DNA of 62,390 nt from Candidatus Undinarchaeales archaeon (GCA_030753015.1 JASMDC010000023.1:1-62390); one strand, 5' to 3'; positions 38,584-49,241 are shown, counted from the first letter of the stretch. A program made the numbers and translations. Notes: generated from the letters alone by a model not told the origin.

Positions 38584-39579
38584 ATGCAGCTGAAGAGCGT
38601 CCTATCCATCCTCGCGATTCTATTCATCCTCTACGTCCTCAAGCCCCTTGTGGACGTCGTGGTGGCCGGTGCTGTGCTCGCCTACGTGCTCCGCCCCATG
38701 GACGAAGCGATCAGGCGCAAGGTCCATTCCGAGACCCTTGCCGCCGCAATCACCACCTTGTTGCTCGCCGCACCCCTCATCTTCCTTGGTCTCTACGCAG
38801 CCTACTCCATTGTGGTCGACGTAGGCGAGATGATGACTGAGATTGGATCATCCTCGGCCAGTGAGGTTGTGATGCGCCGGTTCCTCCCCCTTAAAGTGGT
38901 GGCGGGCCTTACACCCATTCTAGGTACTATCGAAGAGAGCGTCCAGAGCATCTCTCTGAGCCTTCCTCTCGCGCTCATTCAGCTGTTGATGATGTTCGCT
39001 ACGATGTTCTACTACTTTATCTCGGGACGCGAGGCTGAGCGCTATGCGTGCTCCCTCATCCCCCCCCACTTGATGCCGTGGCTTGAGACCATCTGGGTGC
39101 CGGTCGGGAACGTGCTCCGGGGGATGCTTTACGGACATCTTATCACATCGATATTCATCGGTGTATTGGCCGGTATCGGATACGCCATCCTGGGTCTATC
39201 CCATGCAGCACTTCTCGGTGCGATGACCCTGGTTGCTTCCCTCCTCCCCATCGTCGGGCCCTACGCCGTGTTCGCACCAGTGGCCATCGTGGAGTTCATG
39301 ACCGGGAGCGCCCTCAAGGCCGTAGCCGTGTTCGTATACGGGTTCGTTGTGCTCACCGGGTACGCCAACCTCTATCTCTACCCTAAGATAGGGGGCAGCT
39401 ACGCTGGGATCCACCCTCTGCTCGTGCTTGTTGCTTTCATCGCCGGACCGCTGACGATGGGACCTGTAGGGCTCATCTATGGACCGCTCGCCATGGGCAT
39501 TGGACTTGGATTGGCCGAGAGCGTGCGTCACGGGCGCTGTCAAGAGGGCAATCAGAAGGTGGAGATGGACGATGCGTAG
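38584..39579 (+). CDS. AI-2E family transporter
   Basis: LAYVLRP, YYF..G, SLLPIVGP, LYP.IGG....IHP.LVL.AF..G...G..GL.YGP. Confidence 0.88.
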   Translation: MQLKSVLSILAILFILYVLKPLVDVVVAGAVLAYVLRPMDEAIRRKVHSETLAAAITTLLLAAPLIFLGLYAAYSIVVDVGEMMTEIGSSSASEVVMRRFLPLKVVAGLTPILGTIEESVQSISLSLPLALIQLLMMFATMFYYFISGREAERYACSLIPPHLMPWLETIWVPVGNVLRGMLYGHLITSIFIGVLAGIGYAILGLSHAALLGAMTLVASLLPIVGPYAVFAPVAIVEFMTGSALKAVAVFVYGFVVLTGYANLYLYPKIGGSYAGIHPLLVLVAFIAGPLTMGPVGLIYGPLAMGIGLGLAESVRHGRCQEGNQKVEMDDA

Positions 39580-41602
39580 GGCAACGCTCCCCCTTGTCCT
39601 CTTCCTGCTCCTGGCAGTCCCGGGATTGAGCGAGGACGGAAATAGCACCACTAACACAACTACCCCCGCACCCGCGTTCACTACGGACTTCGACGCAGAG
39701 CTCGAGATAACCGCAGCGAGTATGAGCGATGCCAAGTCCCTCGTGCTCTATATCAACGAGACCGTCAATCGCCTCAACGAAACGATAAACCGTACCGATG
39801 CATGGGCATCGCTCAGCGAGGCGATGAGTGAGCTCGATACGGCCCGATCCTATCTCACAAAATCCGCCGATTATCGCGAGGTATCCGACGATGTGTTCAT
39901 GGGATATCATACACTCGCCCGTTCCCATGTTCAAGAGGCACGCGCCTTGGCCCAGGATGCGAACGACACGGCCATGTCCCTACAGCGGTCCTTCCAGGAC
40001 CGGGAACGGCTGGGCGAACAGGTCGGCGACCTTCTGCTCTCTGCGACCATACTACACCAGACCGTGGAAGGGATGATAAGCCTCTCTCGGGACCGGGTCC
40101 AGGAGGCACGCGACATCGGCCTGGACATGACGATCGCCGATGGCGAGCTCCTCCTCGCCCAAGGAAAGGTGGATGCCGGTGTCACGGTGCTCGAATCCGC
40201 AGAGACCGCTGCGAGCTCAGACGACCCCATCTTGGCCCTCTCTCACCTCAGCGAGGCAGAGAGCAAGTTCCTGGACGCTCAAGGCCATGCCGATGCCGCA
40301 CAGAACATCGCTCTTGAGGCCATGGGGCGAAGTCAAGAGCGTACCGCGGGGCTCCGCACTCAGGTAGAAGCCGTCGGGAACCTCACCACAGAGACCGCTG
40401 CTCAGCTCACCACTACCGAGGCCATAATCACCTACTTGTCGGAGAAGGGACTGACGACACAAAAGTACAACGACCTGCTCTCTCGGGCACGAACCCATCG
40501 CGAGCAAGCCGCAACGGCCCTCACGAGTGCCCTCAACCGGCTGGATGCCGGCTTGGCGGACGAGACCCAGGATTTCACGCTCACAGCGCTGGACAACGCG
40601 CAGCAGGCTCGACGCAGCACCACGCTGGCCGCTGAGGAGGCACGTGCCGACATAGACACGATGGTATCCTCTGCGTACACCTCCGCCTCCCTCATTCTTA
40701 ACAGGACCCTGGAACTGAAGAGCTCGATGGCCGTCTCCCTGAACGTCACAGCCGCTGTGGAGGTTGAGAAGGGCATTCTTGATGTGCGCTCGCAGTTGGG
40801 GATTGCCGAAGGATTCCTAGACCGGCTCAAGGCATCACAAGTGCTGCCTGAGCGGTCACGGGTGGAGGCGGCACTGGATGCTTGTTCCGTGGCAAGCGAG
40901 CTCGCTACCACGCTCAGGAAGAACCTGGAAGCCATCAAGGACGATCATGATTCAGCACAGGCCTCCCTCGTTACAGCGTCCCGTATGCTGAACACGGCCA
41001 TGCCCACGTTCATCGGAGCCGAAAACGCCGTCCAAAAGCGATACCATGGTGAATACACGCGGCTCACGGAGGAGTACGTGAGCTTGGAAACACGGTTCAA
41101 CGGCTCGTCATATGGTAGTGTGGTCGATCCCGCACGCGAGCTTGCGATACAGGGCGCCGTACTGGAGACGCGTATCAAGGGTTATACTGATTGCCTGACC
41201 GCTATAGCATCGGCCGACGTGGCACTGGAGGAGCTTCGGAACGCTGCCAATCAAAGCCTCTCCGGTGTCGGGGCAGAGAAGGTCCGGGAACTGGAGGAGC
41301 TACTCGATACCGCACGAACTAACGCCCGCTCAGAGGCATTCAACGTCTCCCTAGAAGCTGCCGTGTCCACTAAGGAGCATGCCCTCGACCTTGCCCTCAC
41401 TGCGGAGCGTAACCGTGATGACCGGATACGAGTGGGAGTGCTCGCAGGCTTCACGTTGTTCCTCTTCCTCATTGGTAGCGTCGTTGACAGGCGAATAGCA
41501 GGCACTGGGCGTGGGGATATATCCACGGATGAGAATGGTGAAGGGCTAGATGGCGCGGTCAGCCCCACTCCCAACGTCGACGATGAGAAAGCCAGCCATT
41601 GA
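39572..41602 (+). CDS. Secreted long alpha-helical/coiled-coil protein with C-terminal TM anchor
   Basis: Signal MRRATLPLVLFLLLAVPGLS; Ala-rich helical repeats; N-glycosylation sequons; TM VGVLAGFTLFLFLIG. Confidence 0.8.
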   Translation: MRRATLPLVLFLLLAVPGLSEDGNSTTNTTTPAPAFTTDFDAELEITAASMSDAKSLVLYINETVNRLNETINRTDAWASLSEAMSELDTARSYLTKSADYREVSDDVFMGYHTLARSHVQEARALAQDANDTAMSLQRSFQDRERLGEQVGDLLLSATILHQTVEGMISLSRDRVQEARDIGLDMTIADGELLLAQGKVDAGVTVLESAETAASSDDPILALSHLSEAESKFLDAQGHADAAQNIALEAMGRSQERTAGLRTQVEAVGNLTTETAAQLTTTEAIITYLSEKGLTTQKYNDLLSRARTHREQAATALTSALNRLDAGLADETQDFTLTALDNAQQARRSTTLAAEEARADIDTMVSSAYTSASLILNRTLELKSSMAVSLNVTAAVEVEKGILDVRSQLGIAEGFLDRLKASQVLPERSRVEAALDACSVASELATTLRKNLEAIKDDHDSAQASLVTASRMLNTAMPTFIGAENAVQKRYHGEYTRLTEEYVSLETRFNGSSYGSVVDPARELAIQGAVLETRIKGYTDCLTAIASADVALEELRNAANQSLSGVGAEKVRELEELLDTARTNARSEAFNVSLEAAVSTKEHALDLALTAERNRDDRIRVGVLAGFTLFLFLIGSVVDRRIAGTGRGDISTDENGEGLDGAVSPTPNVDDEKASH

Positions 41603-42959
41603 GGAAACGTCGGAGCCCGTCGTTCCCGGTGAAGGTCTCCTCCAATGCCCCCTCCGTGACCATGCTACCGCTCGTCGCTACTGTTGAAGCGAGACCGCGG
41701 GGACAGCCAGCGCGTACCAATCCTCGCTCGTCCGTGATGACCGCTCCCTCGATGAACGTGTCCACGAGTGTGTGTTCGCGGGGGAGCACGACCTCCCACC
41801 GGCGGTTGTGGATCCGTGGGGAGAAGGCCCGGTGTTTCTCTAGAAATGCCTTCTGGTGGTGCTCAGGAGCATCCAGCAAGGGGCCATGATGTACCCGTGT
41901 CGGTGCCAATCGATAGGTGGACACCCTTAGCGCCACAACCGCCAGTTTGTCTTCATCGGACCACACCTCTTGCGCCCTGACGACGAATCCCTCACGCTCG
42001 GCCTGTGTCAGCAGGGAGCGGGCGAACCGACGTAGCTGTGGCCAGAGCTGGTCAGGGACCACGTCGGGGGGCTCGAAGGTCACCAGTACTAGTCGATCAC
42101 CGGACAGCTTGCCGGGGAGATCTTCCCATGTCATATCTGGGATCGGGGACGGGAAGAAGAATTGTCGGTTGGGCTTCCCCAGGAAGTCGCGTGCTGCTAA
42201 GGAGAAGATGTGGAGGTTCTCTGATGAGAGGGCAGCAGCGACGTTCCGGCGGGGATCTACGGGATCGATGACCAAAACCGGCTCTGAGAACCGTATCCCT
42301 TCGTCACGGTGGTCCTCGATATCGATGATGACCGGTGGCTCCCAAACGGCCACAGCCTCTAGCACATCTATGAATGAGCCATAATGGAGCACGAGCAGCT
42401 CGCACAGATACCCCGAGAGCCCCTGCGTCCTCGTGTCTGCACCGTAGAGGTCACAGCCGGTGCAGAAACGCTTGAGAAGGCGCACCTCGCCCCGCTGTGA
42501 CTCGCTGATGCGCCCACACACGAATTTCGTGTGGAAAGGAGTGCGCCCCACACTGGACACCTTCTTCGTAGCAGCGTCCACCTGATAAGCGGGTACCAGG
42601 TCGACAGCGAAACCGTCCACTTCCCCCTTCACATAGGGATGTTCAGCATAGGCCACGGTGGCGGTCCCACCCAAGGCTCCCACAACCGCTTGGCCAAGGG
42701 CAAGTCCATGTTCACGCAACGCCTCGCGGGAGAGCTCTTGTGGGAAGAGGAGGAACACGTCCACGTCACGGGCGCCTGGAAGCCAAGTACCCTTCGCGAC
42801 CGAGCCCACCAGCACGGGGCGGGCAGACATCCCCAACTGGCTCGCCTGATCGATTCCGGTGGCCAGCACACGCTTCGCAAGGGACCGTATACGCTCGGCC
42901 TCTAGAGGCTCTGGTACCAGTTCGCTCCGTATCTCAGCTACGAGCTCGTCCACGTCCAC
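41559..42959 (-). CDS. cca: Archaeal (class I) CCA-adding enzyme
   Basis: LVGSVAKGTWL...DVDVF, YAEHPY, VDLVP, RTPFH, VRLLKRF, SGYLCELL, DPVDPRRNVAAA; GTG start after GAGGT. Confidence 0.95.
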   Translation of the reverse strand: MDVDELVAEIRSELVPEPLEAERIRSLAKRVLATGIDQASQLGMSARPVLVGSVAKGTWLPGARDVDVFLLFPQELSREALREHGLALGQAVVGALGGTATVAYAEHPYVKGEVDGFAVDLVPAYQVDAATKKVSSVGRTPFHTKFVCGRISESQRGEVRLLKRFCTGCDLYGADTRTQGLSGYLCELLVLHYGSFIDVLEAVAVWEPPVIIDIEDHRDEGIRFSEPVLVIDPVDPRRNVAAALSSENLHIFSLAARDFLGKPNRQFFFPSPIPDMTWEDLPGKLSGDRLVLVTFEPPDVVPDQLWPQLRRFARSLLTQAEREGFVVRAQEVWSDEDKLAVVALRVSTYRLAPTRVHHGPLLDAPEHHQKAFLEKHRAFSPRIHNRRWEVVLPREHTLVDTFIEGAVITDERGLVRAGCPRGLASTVATSGSMVTEGALEETFTGNDGLRRFLNGWLSHRRRWEWG

Positions 42960-42975
42960 AGTACCTCGGACGGTC

Positions 42976-44253
42976 CTAGGCGCGGAAGTCCCTGCCCGGG
43001 AACACGGCCGCGTCGCCCAGCTCCTCCTCGATGCGCAGCAACTGGTTGTACTTGGCGTTCCGCTCGCTGCGACAGGGGGCGCCGGTCTTGATCTGGCCGC
43101 AGGCCAGGGCCACGGCAATGTCGGCAATAGTCGTGTCCTCCGTCTCACCGGAGCGGTGCGAGACCACCACGCCGTACCCGTTCCGGAAGGAGAGGGTAGC
43201 AGCAGCAAAGGACTCGGTGAGGCTCCCGATCTGGTTGACCTTGAGCAGAAGGGCATTGGCTGCGCCGAGGTCAATACCACGCTGAATCCGCTCCACGTTG
43301 GTAACGAATAGATCGTCGCCCACGACCTGGATATCGAGCTCCCGGGTCATGCGAGCATAGGCCTCGTAATCCTCCTGGTCGAAGGGATCCTCGATGGAGA
43401 CGATGGGATAGCGGGAGCAGATGTCCGCGTAGAGGGCGAGGAGCTTATCGCTGGAGATGGGCTTGCCGCCGACGATGTAAGCCTTCTTCTTGGTGTCATA
43501 GAACTCAGCAGCGGCGCAGTCCATAGCTATGACGATGTCCTCGCCGGGAACGTAGCCGGCGTTCTTCACAGCGGCCATCAGAGCATCAAGACCCTCATCC
43601 ACGGTCTTGCAGGGCGGGGCGAAGCCACCCTCGTCACCCACGTTCACAGCGTCCCCGCCGTACGCCTTCTTCAGGTACGCTTTGAGCGAGTGGTAGCACT
43701 CCGCACCCATGCGCAGGCCCTCGGCGAAGTTACTGGCACCAACAGGCATGAGCATGAACTCCTGGAATTCGATGGCGTTACCGGCATGGACACCACCGTT
43801 CAGGACGTTCATCATAGGAACCGGGAGGACGTTTGCCGATGTCCCACCGAGATAGCGGTAAAGGGGGAGATCCACAGAGTCCGCAGCGGCGTGGGCGCAC
43901 GCCAGGGACACACCGAGGATGGCGTTGGCCCCGAGCTTGCTTTTATTCTTCGTCCCGTCCAGTTCGAGCATGAACCGATCGATGGCTACCTGATCACGGA
44001 CATCCATCCCGATGAGCTCGGAAGCGATGACCTCGTTGACGTTTGTGACGGCCTTGAGCACACCCTTGCCGAGCCACCCCTTGCCCTTGTCGCGGAGTTC
44101 AAGGGCCTCATGGGTCCCCGTTGATGCGCCGGAGGGGACAGCGGCCCTTCCGAAACCGATGCCGGCCGCAACGTCCACCTCGATGGTGGGGTTACCGCGA
44201 GAGTCGATAATCTGACGCGCAGTTATTTCGGTGATCTCAAAGGTATCGCACAT
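42976..44253 (-). CDS. eno: Enolase
   Basis: [82 protein letters not shown]. Confidence 0.98.
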   Translation of the reverse strand: MCDTFEITEITARQIIDSRGNPTIEVDVAAGIGFGRAAVPSGASTGTHEALELRDKGKGWLGKGVLKAVTNVNEVIASELIGMDVRDQVAIDRFMLELDGTKNKSKLGANAILGVSLACAHAAADSVDLPLYRYLGGTSANVLPVPMMNVLNGGVHAGNAIEFQEFMLMPVGASNFAEGLRMGAECYHSLKAYLKKAYGGDAVNVGDEGGFAPPCKTVDEGLDALMAAVKNAGYVPGEDIVIAMDCAAAEFYDTKKKAYIVGGKPISSDKLLALYADICSRYPIVSIEDPFDQEDYEAYARMTRELDIQVVGDDLFVTNVERIQRGIDLGAANALLLKVNQIGSLTESFAAATLSFRNGYGVVVSHRSGETEDTTIADIAVALACGQIKTGAPCRSERNAKYNQLLRIEEELGDAAVFPGRDFRA

Positions 44254-44316
44254 TATCTTCGCCGGTGGCCGTGTGGAGGGATAAGACATAAAAACGTAGC
44301 TGCGGGGCTTGTGCGC

Positions 44317-45813
44317 TCACAGGTAACCCAAGCGTTCCATACCCTCTTGGAGCCGGACGGCCGGATCTTCCCCAGAGGCGGCCAGGTTGATGGCCAAACT
44401 TACTAGCTCTCGCTTCTTCTCCAGGGTCACGGTAAAAGCCCCCGAACGCTCACGTGCGATGAAACGGGCGAATACCTTCAATGTCGGGCGCGGGTCCCAC
44501 TCGGCCTCCAGCAGCTCGGTCGCCAAATCACCGTACCACACGACGTCGTCGGCCCCGGAACCGTCGTCAGCAAGTATGGGGAGGATGAAGCGTGTAAGGA
44601 AGGAACCTATCTTAAGCGGTTCCTCGGGTTCGGTCCCGTTGTAGCTCTTCATTGCCGCCGAGCTCTTCACCATGCTCGAAACCACGGCCCGTGCCTGCTG
44701 CATAGGGATGATGTTCAGCGCGCCTTCCAGCCGTTCGAACGCCGTGGGTTCGAAAACCTTCTTTGCCCGGTCAAGGAACCGTGTGACGGTCTGGTCGTAG
44801 GTGCCCCGGACGCTACCATACTGGAGTCGGGTTGGGGACGCAACGGTGACCTTCGCACTCGGGGGGGTATCCTCTTTCGGGAGCGGTGATTCGTCATCGA
44901 GGATTGATTCAGGGGCTGTAATCTCCTCCGATGGGAGCTCCTCCTCAGCGGGTCCTTCGATCCCATCAGACTCCTCCTCCTCAGGAATCCCCCGTAGCTT
45001 TCGGATGTAGCCGGTGATGCGGTTACCGTAGCTCCTATTCCTATCATTCTTCGCATCACTCTCGCTTTGCACGATGCCCGGCGTATAACGCGTGTCCACA
45101 CTCTCCTTCTTGCCGCCGAGGAGCTCGCGGGGGTCGTACCGAGTGATCCATAACCGGTAATCCCGTCGCTGATGCCCGTCAGGACGGGGGATATTGCCGT
45201 ATCCTCCAATCCGAGCCGTGTAGGAGCCCCCTCGATCCTCCTTGCGGGAGCCCAGCATATTGTGGATGTTTTTGTAAACGGTCTCAGCGACCGATGAACC
45301 GATCCATCCACCCAGGCTTCCACCAACAAGAAAGATGGGGATGATGAAAGCCTTGGGGAACGTTTCTGGAACGAAGAGGACTATGCCGCCGAGGGTGAGT
45401 GCTCCGCCGACAAAAGTCCCTGCTGCCATTTCTCGCACTTTGTTGCGTTTAGCATTCGCCGTGACGTACTTGAACAGATAGACGGTCCATAGGACGACTA
45501 CGATGGCATGTCGTGCCATGAGCGGAAGTTCCTGTGCGCTCTCCACGCCCACGGTCAAGGAAAGGAGAATGAGAAGAACTGCGATCTCGGCCTCCCATCC
45601 CTTGGTATTGAAGAACTGCGTGTTCTTGAGCACCTGGCCCATGATGATTGCTGACAGTCCCATGGCTACAACTGCGACGGGATTGGAGATCACTTCAAGG
45701 AACGTCTCCCCTATCGGTTCGGACATGCGCGCAAGGAGGTCCAGGTCCTGTGGACCAAGAGAAGGTCTGAGTGACGGGATTGCGGTCGCGGCAAGGGTGG
45801 CGTTGTCTGCCAT
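44317..45813 (-). CDS. Hypothetical protein: N-terminal about 5 TM segments, acidic linker, C-terminal helical domain
   Basis: Hydrophobic N-terminal third; Glu/Pro-rich linker; overlaps no other credible gene. Confidence 0.7.
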   Translation of the reverse strand: MADNATLAATAIPSLRPSLGPQDLDLLARMSEPIGETFLEVISNPVAVVAMGLSAIIMGQVLKNTQFFNTKGWEAEIAVLLILLSLTVGVESAQELPLMARHAIVVVLWTVYLFKYVTANAKRNKVREMAAGTFVGGALTLGGIVLFVPETFPKAFIIPIFLVGGSLGGWIGSSVAETVYKNIHNMLGSRKEDRGGSYTARIGGYGNIPRPDGHQRRDYRLWITRYDPRELLGGKKESVDTRYTPGIVQSESDAKNDRNRSYGNRITGYIRKLRGIPEEEESDGIEGPAEEELPSEEITAPESILDDESPLPKEDTPPSAKVTVASPTRLQYGSVRGTYDQTVTRFLDRAKKVFEPTAFERLEGALNIIPMQQARAVVSSMVKSSAAMKSYNGTEPEEPLKIGSFLTRFILPILADDGSGADDVVWYGDLATELLEAEWDPRPTLKVFARFIARERSGAFTVTLEKKRELVSLAINLAASGEDPAVRLQEGMERLGYL

Positions 45814-45835
45814 TTTTTCGTACTCTCCGCGGTCG

Positions 45836-46210
45836 TCACTCGTTATTGCCCAAGGTCAAGGGATCCTCACCCCGGCGGGCAATGGTAATGGAGGGTTCCT
45901 TACGCTCGATTCGCCTCTCGAGCACTTTAATAGCGAGTTCGTCCACTTTCCCCATCAGTCGCCCTCTGGACACGATGAGAATGAGTGTGTCCTCTATTGT
46001 CCTTGCCAGTTCAGGCTTGGACGTACGTATCCTTCCAAGGTACTTTTTTCCCGAGGGCGCGAGTATCTCCTTGAGTAGCTGATTGCGGCGCGCACCGATC
46101 AGAGCCTCATACTGCTCTTCCTCCTGTTTCTGCGCCTTATCCTGCTCGATGCGTTGTTTCATTTCTGCAAGCTTCCGCGCTTTAATACGCGAGAGCTCAT
46201 CGTCGTCCAT
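45836..46210 (-). CDS. PDCD5-like double-stranded DNA-binding protein
   Basis: DDELSRIKARKLAEM...L.EIL......L.RIR..KPELA..IE..LI. Confidence 0.85.
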   Translation of the reverse strand: MDDDELSRIKARKLAEMKQRIEQDKAQKQEEEQYEALIGARRNQLLKEILAPSGKKYLGRIRTSKPELARTIEDTLILIVSRGRLMGKVDELAIKVLERRIERKEPSITIARRGEDPLTLGNNE

Positions 46211-46257
46211 TGGAACAACAATGTGTTTCTTGTTTTAAGAAACTATCCCGACCCTCT

Positions 46258-47157
46258 TTACCAATGAGGAACGGGGAGCGTACAGCATCCCGTGGCCTTG
46301 ATGACCTCAATCCCCAGACGGCGTGCAGCTGAGTGCACCTCAAGCGAGGGCATGGCCATTCGTTCAAAACCGTGCTCCAGTGCCAACCGCTCGATAACCC
46401 TGCCCTCAGGACCCCGGGGTCGCATGCAGCCAAGGGCAAGCTCGGTCTCTGGTAAAAGCTCGCGTGCGGATGCGAATACCTCGGTCACGGCCTCCGACGA
46501 TGGAGGTTCGACATCGGCCATTCGAGTTCCCGGAGTGGGGAGTAGCACAAGGAACACGACCAGGGGTGCGTCCATGGACGCCGCCATCTCGAGAGCAGTC
46601 CGTTCTCCCCGGACCATACCGAAGTGGAGGCCGATGGTGATGTGCGGTACTACGGGAATGCCTACAGAGATCAGGCTCCGGTAGCTACCAAGATAGTCCT
46701 CCGGGCCACGGTCGAGCCCGTACACCTCCCGGGCGGTCGAGCGGTCACCGATAAGGTCCAGGGAAACCACGTCGACATCGGTCGTTGCTAGGATCCGGGC
46801 GTCCTCTGCGTTCACCAGGCCACAATGGACGTTGAGCTGCAGCCCAGTGGTCCGCTTAGCCTCTGCTAGTACTGGTAAGAAGGGGCGAAGTGGGACGCGC
46901 CCATCACGATCACATCCTCCAGACACAAGACAACCTGCGCCGCCCCGGGCCCAGAGTTCGTCAAGAAACGAGGATAAGCTCTCCGGCGTCGTAGCTGCAT
47001 GCATGTGACGGAGGAAGGTCCGACCGCAATGAGCACAGTCAAGGGAGCAGCCTGCACCGGTCACCGAAACCGATGGAAAAGAGGAGCGGGTAAGGGCATT
47101 GCAGCAATAGTCGTAGACGGTGAGTGTCCCGCTCTTCGTCCCGGCCCCTTGTGACAT
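46258..47157 (-). CDS. Radical SAM protein, LipS1-like (archaeal-type lipoyl synthase subunit)
   Basis: CSLDCAHC (CxxxCxxC), LVSGGC..DG.VP, PHI..GL..G, GCMRP and a C-terminal CC motif. Confidence 0.75.
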   Translation of the reverse strand: MSQGAGTKSGTLTVYDYCCNALTRSSFPSVSVTGAGCSLDCAHCGRTFLRHMHAATTPESLSSFLDELWARGGAGCLVSGGCDRDGRVPLRPFLPVLAEAKRTTGLQLNVHCGLVNAEDARILATTDVDVVSLDLIGDRSTAREVYGLDRGPEDYLGSYRSLISVGIPVVPHITIGLHFGMVRGERTALEMAASMDAPLVVFLVLLPTPGTRMADVEPPSSEAVTEVFASARELLPETELALGCMRPRGPEGRVIERLALEHGFERMAMPSLEVHSAARRLGIEVIKATGCCTLPVPHW

Positions 47158-47216
47158 CGTATTCGCACCGCGCGGCCGCTACAAACAATATAAGCTTTTA
47201 GCAGGAAGGATGGCAG

Positions 47217-49241
47217 GTGATGTCCCACCGCGGTGCCGCCATTCTTGCGCTCCTCCTCGTTCTTTCGGGCCTGGCCGAGGACGATTTGGCCATCCAGCTT
47301 TACGATCCGGCCATTCAACACATGGTCGTGTCATCGGCGGAGCTTCCCGTCAACATCACCAACGGTCCCTTTGCCTTCCTCAACCTCGGCTCTCCCCAGA
47401 ACGTCACGCTCCTTCCCTCCGGGGACCTGGTCAATGTCACGAACATCACCGAAGTATCCATACGCTCCAAGAGCTCCGTAAAGCGAATGTCTTGGTTCGA
47501 GAACACCACGTTGCTTCTGGATCGCGATCGGGAGCTGCGGATCGAGCGAATGAGCTTCAACATCACGGACCCGGGGCTATGGGAGGGTGGTATCTCCATC
47601 CACTACTCCAACCGTTCATTCACCTTCCCCATCCGGATCCGTGTGGAGGAGCAGCGTTACATAGCTTATATGGCTACCAGTATCCGGCACACTGCAGACC
47701 TTCTGGAGGACGAGCCCCGGACAATGCGTGATGCGGCCTACTCCTATATCGAAGCCGCTAAATATTACAGACTGCTGCTAAACGTGGCCAACGAGGATTA
47801 CTGCAGGCGGAAAGCGACAGGGATCCTCGACCGGGTGGTTGCCCAGGATTCGGCTAACAAGACCCGCTGGAACGACCTCAGGACCCTTGCCGAGCAGTAC
47901 CAGCTCCTTGACGACACTGAAGAGCTGTCCTCCATCCAGAACGAACTTATCCCCTGGTACTCGGACAAACTCTCTGCGGACCTCACCTATTACGCACCTC
48001 TGGCCCAGGCCTTCACCGACATCGGTGCCATTGACAAAGCGGAGCGTACCCTTCAGCTCTACGCCCAGCGTCTTGACGAAGTGGCCAACGCTACGGAGGG
48101 GATGCGACGTGCTGAGGACCTTGAAGCCGCCGCTCGCGTGTACGAACGCCTGTGCGATCGCAAGCGAGTGCAGGAGCGATACCTCGCTGCCGCTGAGGCC
48201 TACAGGAAGGCAATCCCTACAAGCGGTAATGTGCCCGACAATACTTTGGCCTTATGGTCCTTCGACATCGCTGAGCTTTACAAGAAGGCCGGAGAGCCCG
48301 TGAGGGCAGATCAGTACTACCTCTCGAGTCTGGACATCATTCTCAACATCATCAGGACGCGAGAGCTCCAGCACATCCCCCTTACCTTCAAGGCCGTCCG
48401 TATCTATGGTCGGCTTGAGAACGACCGGGCCGGTGAGCTCCTCGATCTCCTCGCCAGCCCCTATGTATCGGCCAACCAGACCTGGGAGAAAGATTTCCAA
48501 GTGCTCATGGGGCTGGAGAGCGTGTATCGATGGGCGTGGGAGTCCAATCACACAATGCTCGTGAACAAGACCTGTTCTCTGGGCACCACCCTCTCGACGA
48601 CCCTTGGTGACCAATACCACCTGAGCATGTACACTGCATGCCATCCTCCCGTTCCGGACGAGGTATGCATCAACCTCCTCCCTCTCGCTCTGGAAGTATG
48701 GATCGACACGGACGTCCAGCGTTTGATTACCAGTCTCTCAGAGACCTCCAAGACCCGTGAGCTCGCAGATGCTCTCGATGGGGGGGAAATGGTGCTAACA
48801 ACGGACATAATCGCAAATGCATCGGTCACAGACCGTCTCGTACTCGAGGCAATCAGGGATGTATGCCGGCAGCGTATGTCCCCCATGCTCCCCGGACCCT
48901 TCAATGCGAGCCTGACCACTATCAATGGATCTCTAGTGTGTTTCACACAGCTTGCAGAGACGTCGGTCAATGGGACTCGAGTCGCATCGCCGACTCCCGG
49001 TAACGTCACAACTACGGCCCGCCCCGATCCGACGGGGAAGGTGCTCAAGAGCCTCCTAATCATGGTCCTTGTCATCGCGGTCGTGATCGTGCTCCTAACG
49101 TACCATAGCCCGCCGCAGGAACCCGAACCAGCACCACGACAACCCAGCCCGGAGAAAACCGAGATACCGCCTCCCGAGCCCCCTGACGAGGATGAGGAGC
49201 TCGAGGACGACGACGATCTTAATCACGAGCATGAGCATTGA
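47217..49241 (+). CDS. Membrane-anchored surface protein with TPR/SNAP-like helical repeats
   Basis: Signal peptide, many NxS/T sequons, repeats such as AAYSYIEAAKYY and YLAAAEAYRKA, C-terminal TM and Pro/acidic tail. Confidence 0.75.
   Translation: MMSHRGAAILALLLVLSGLAEDDLAIQLYDPAIQHMVVSSAELPVNITNGPFAFLNLGSPQNVTLLPSGDLVNVTNITEVSIRSKSSVKRMSWFENTTLLLDRDRELRIERMSFNITDPGLWEGGISIHYSNRSFTFPIRIRVEEQRYIAYMATSIRHTADLLEDEPRTMRDAAYSYIEAAKYYRLLLNVANEDYCRRKATGILDRVVAQDSANKTRWNDLRTLAEQYQLLDDTEELSSIQNELIPWYSDKLSADLTYYAPLAQAFTDIGAIDKAERTLQLYAQRLDEVANATEGMRRAEDLEAAARVYERLCDRKRVQERYLAAAEAYRKAIPTSGNVPDNTLALWSFDIAELYKKAGEPVRADQYYLSSLDIILNIIRTRELQHIPLTFKAVRIYGRLENDRAGELLDLLASPYVSANQTWEKDFQVLMGLESVYRWAWESNHTMLVNKTCSLGTTLSTTLGDQYHLSMYTACHPPVPDEVCINLLPLALEVWIDTDVQRLITSLSETSKTRELADALDGGEMVLTTDIIANASVTDRLVLEAIRDVCRQRMSPMLPGPFNASLTTINGSLVCFTQLAETSVNGTRVASPTPGNVTTTARPDPTGKVLKSLLIMVLVIAVVIVLLTYHSPPQEPEPAPRQPSPEKTEIPPPEPPDEDEELEDDDDLNHEHEH

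Noticed and set aside
42960-43280. N-terminal extension of the 573-aa cca ORF, suggesting a fusion
   Set aside because: It is an alternative frame of the enolase 3' end; CCA-enzyme similarity starts near 42959.
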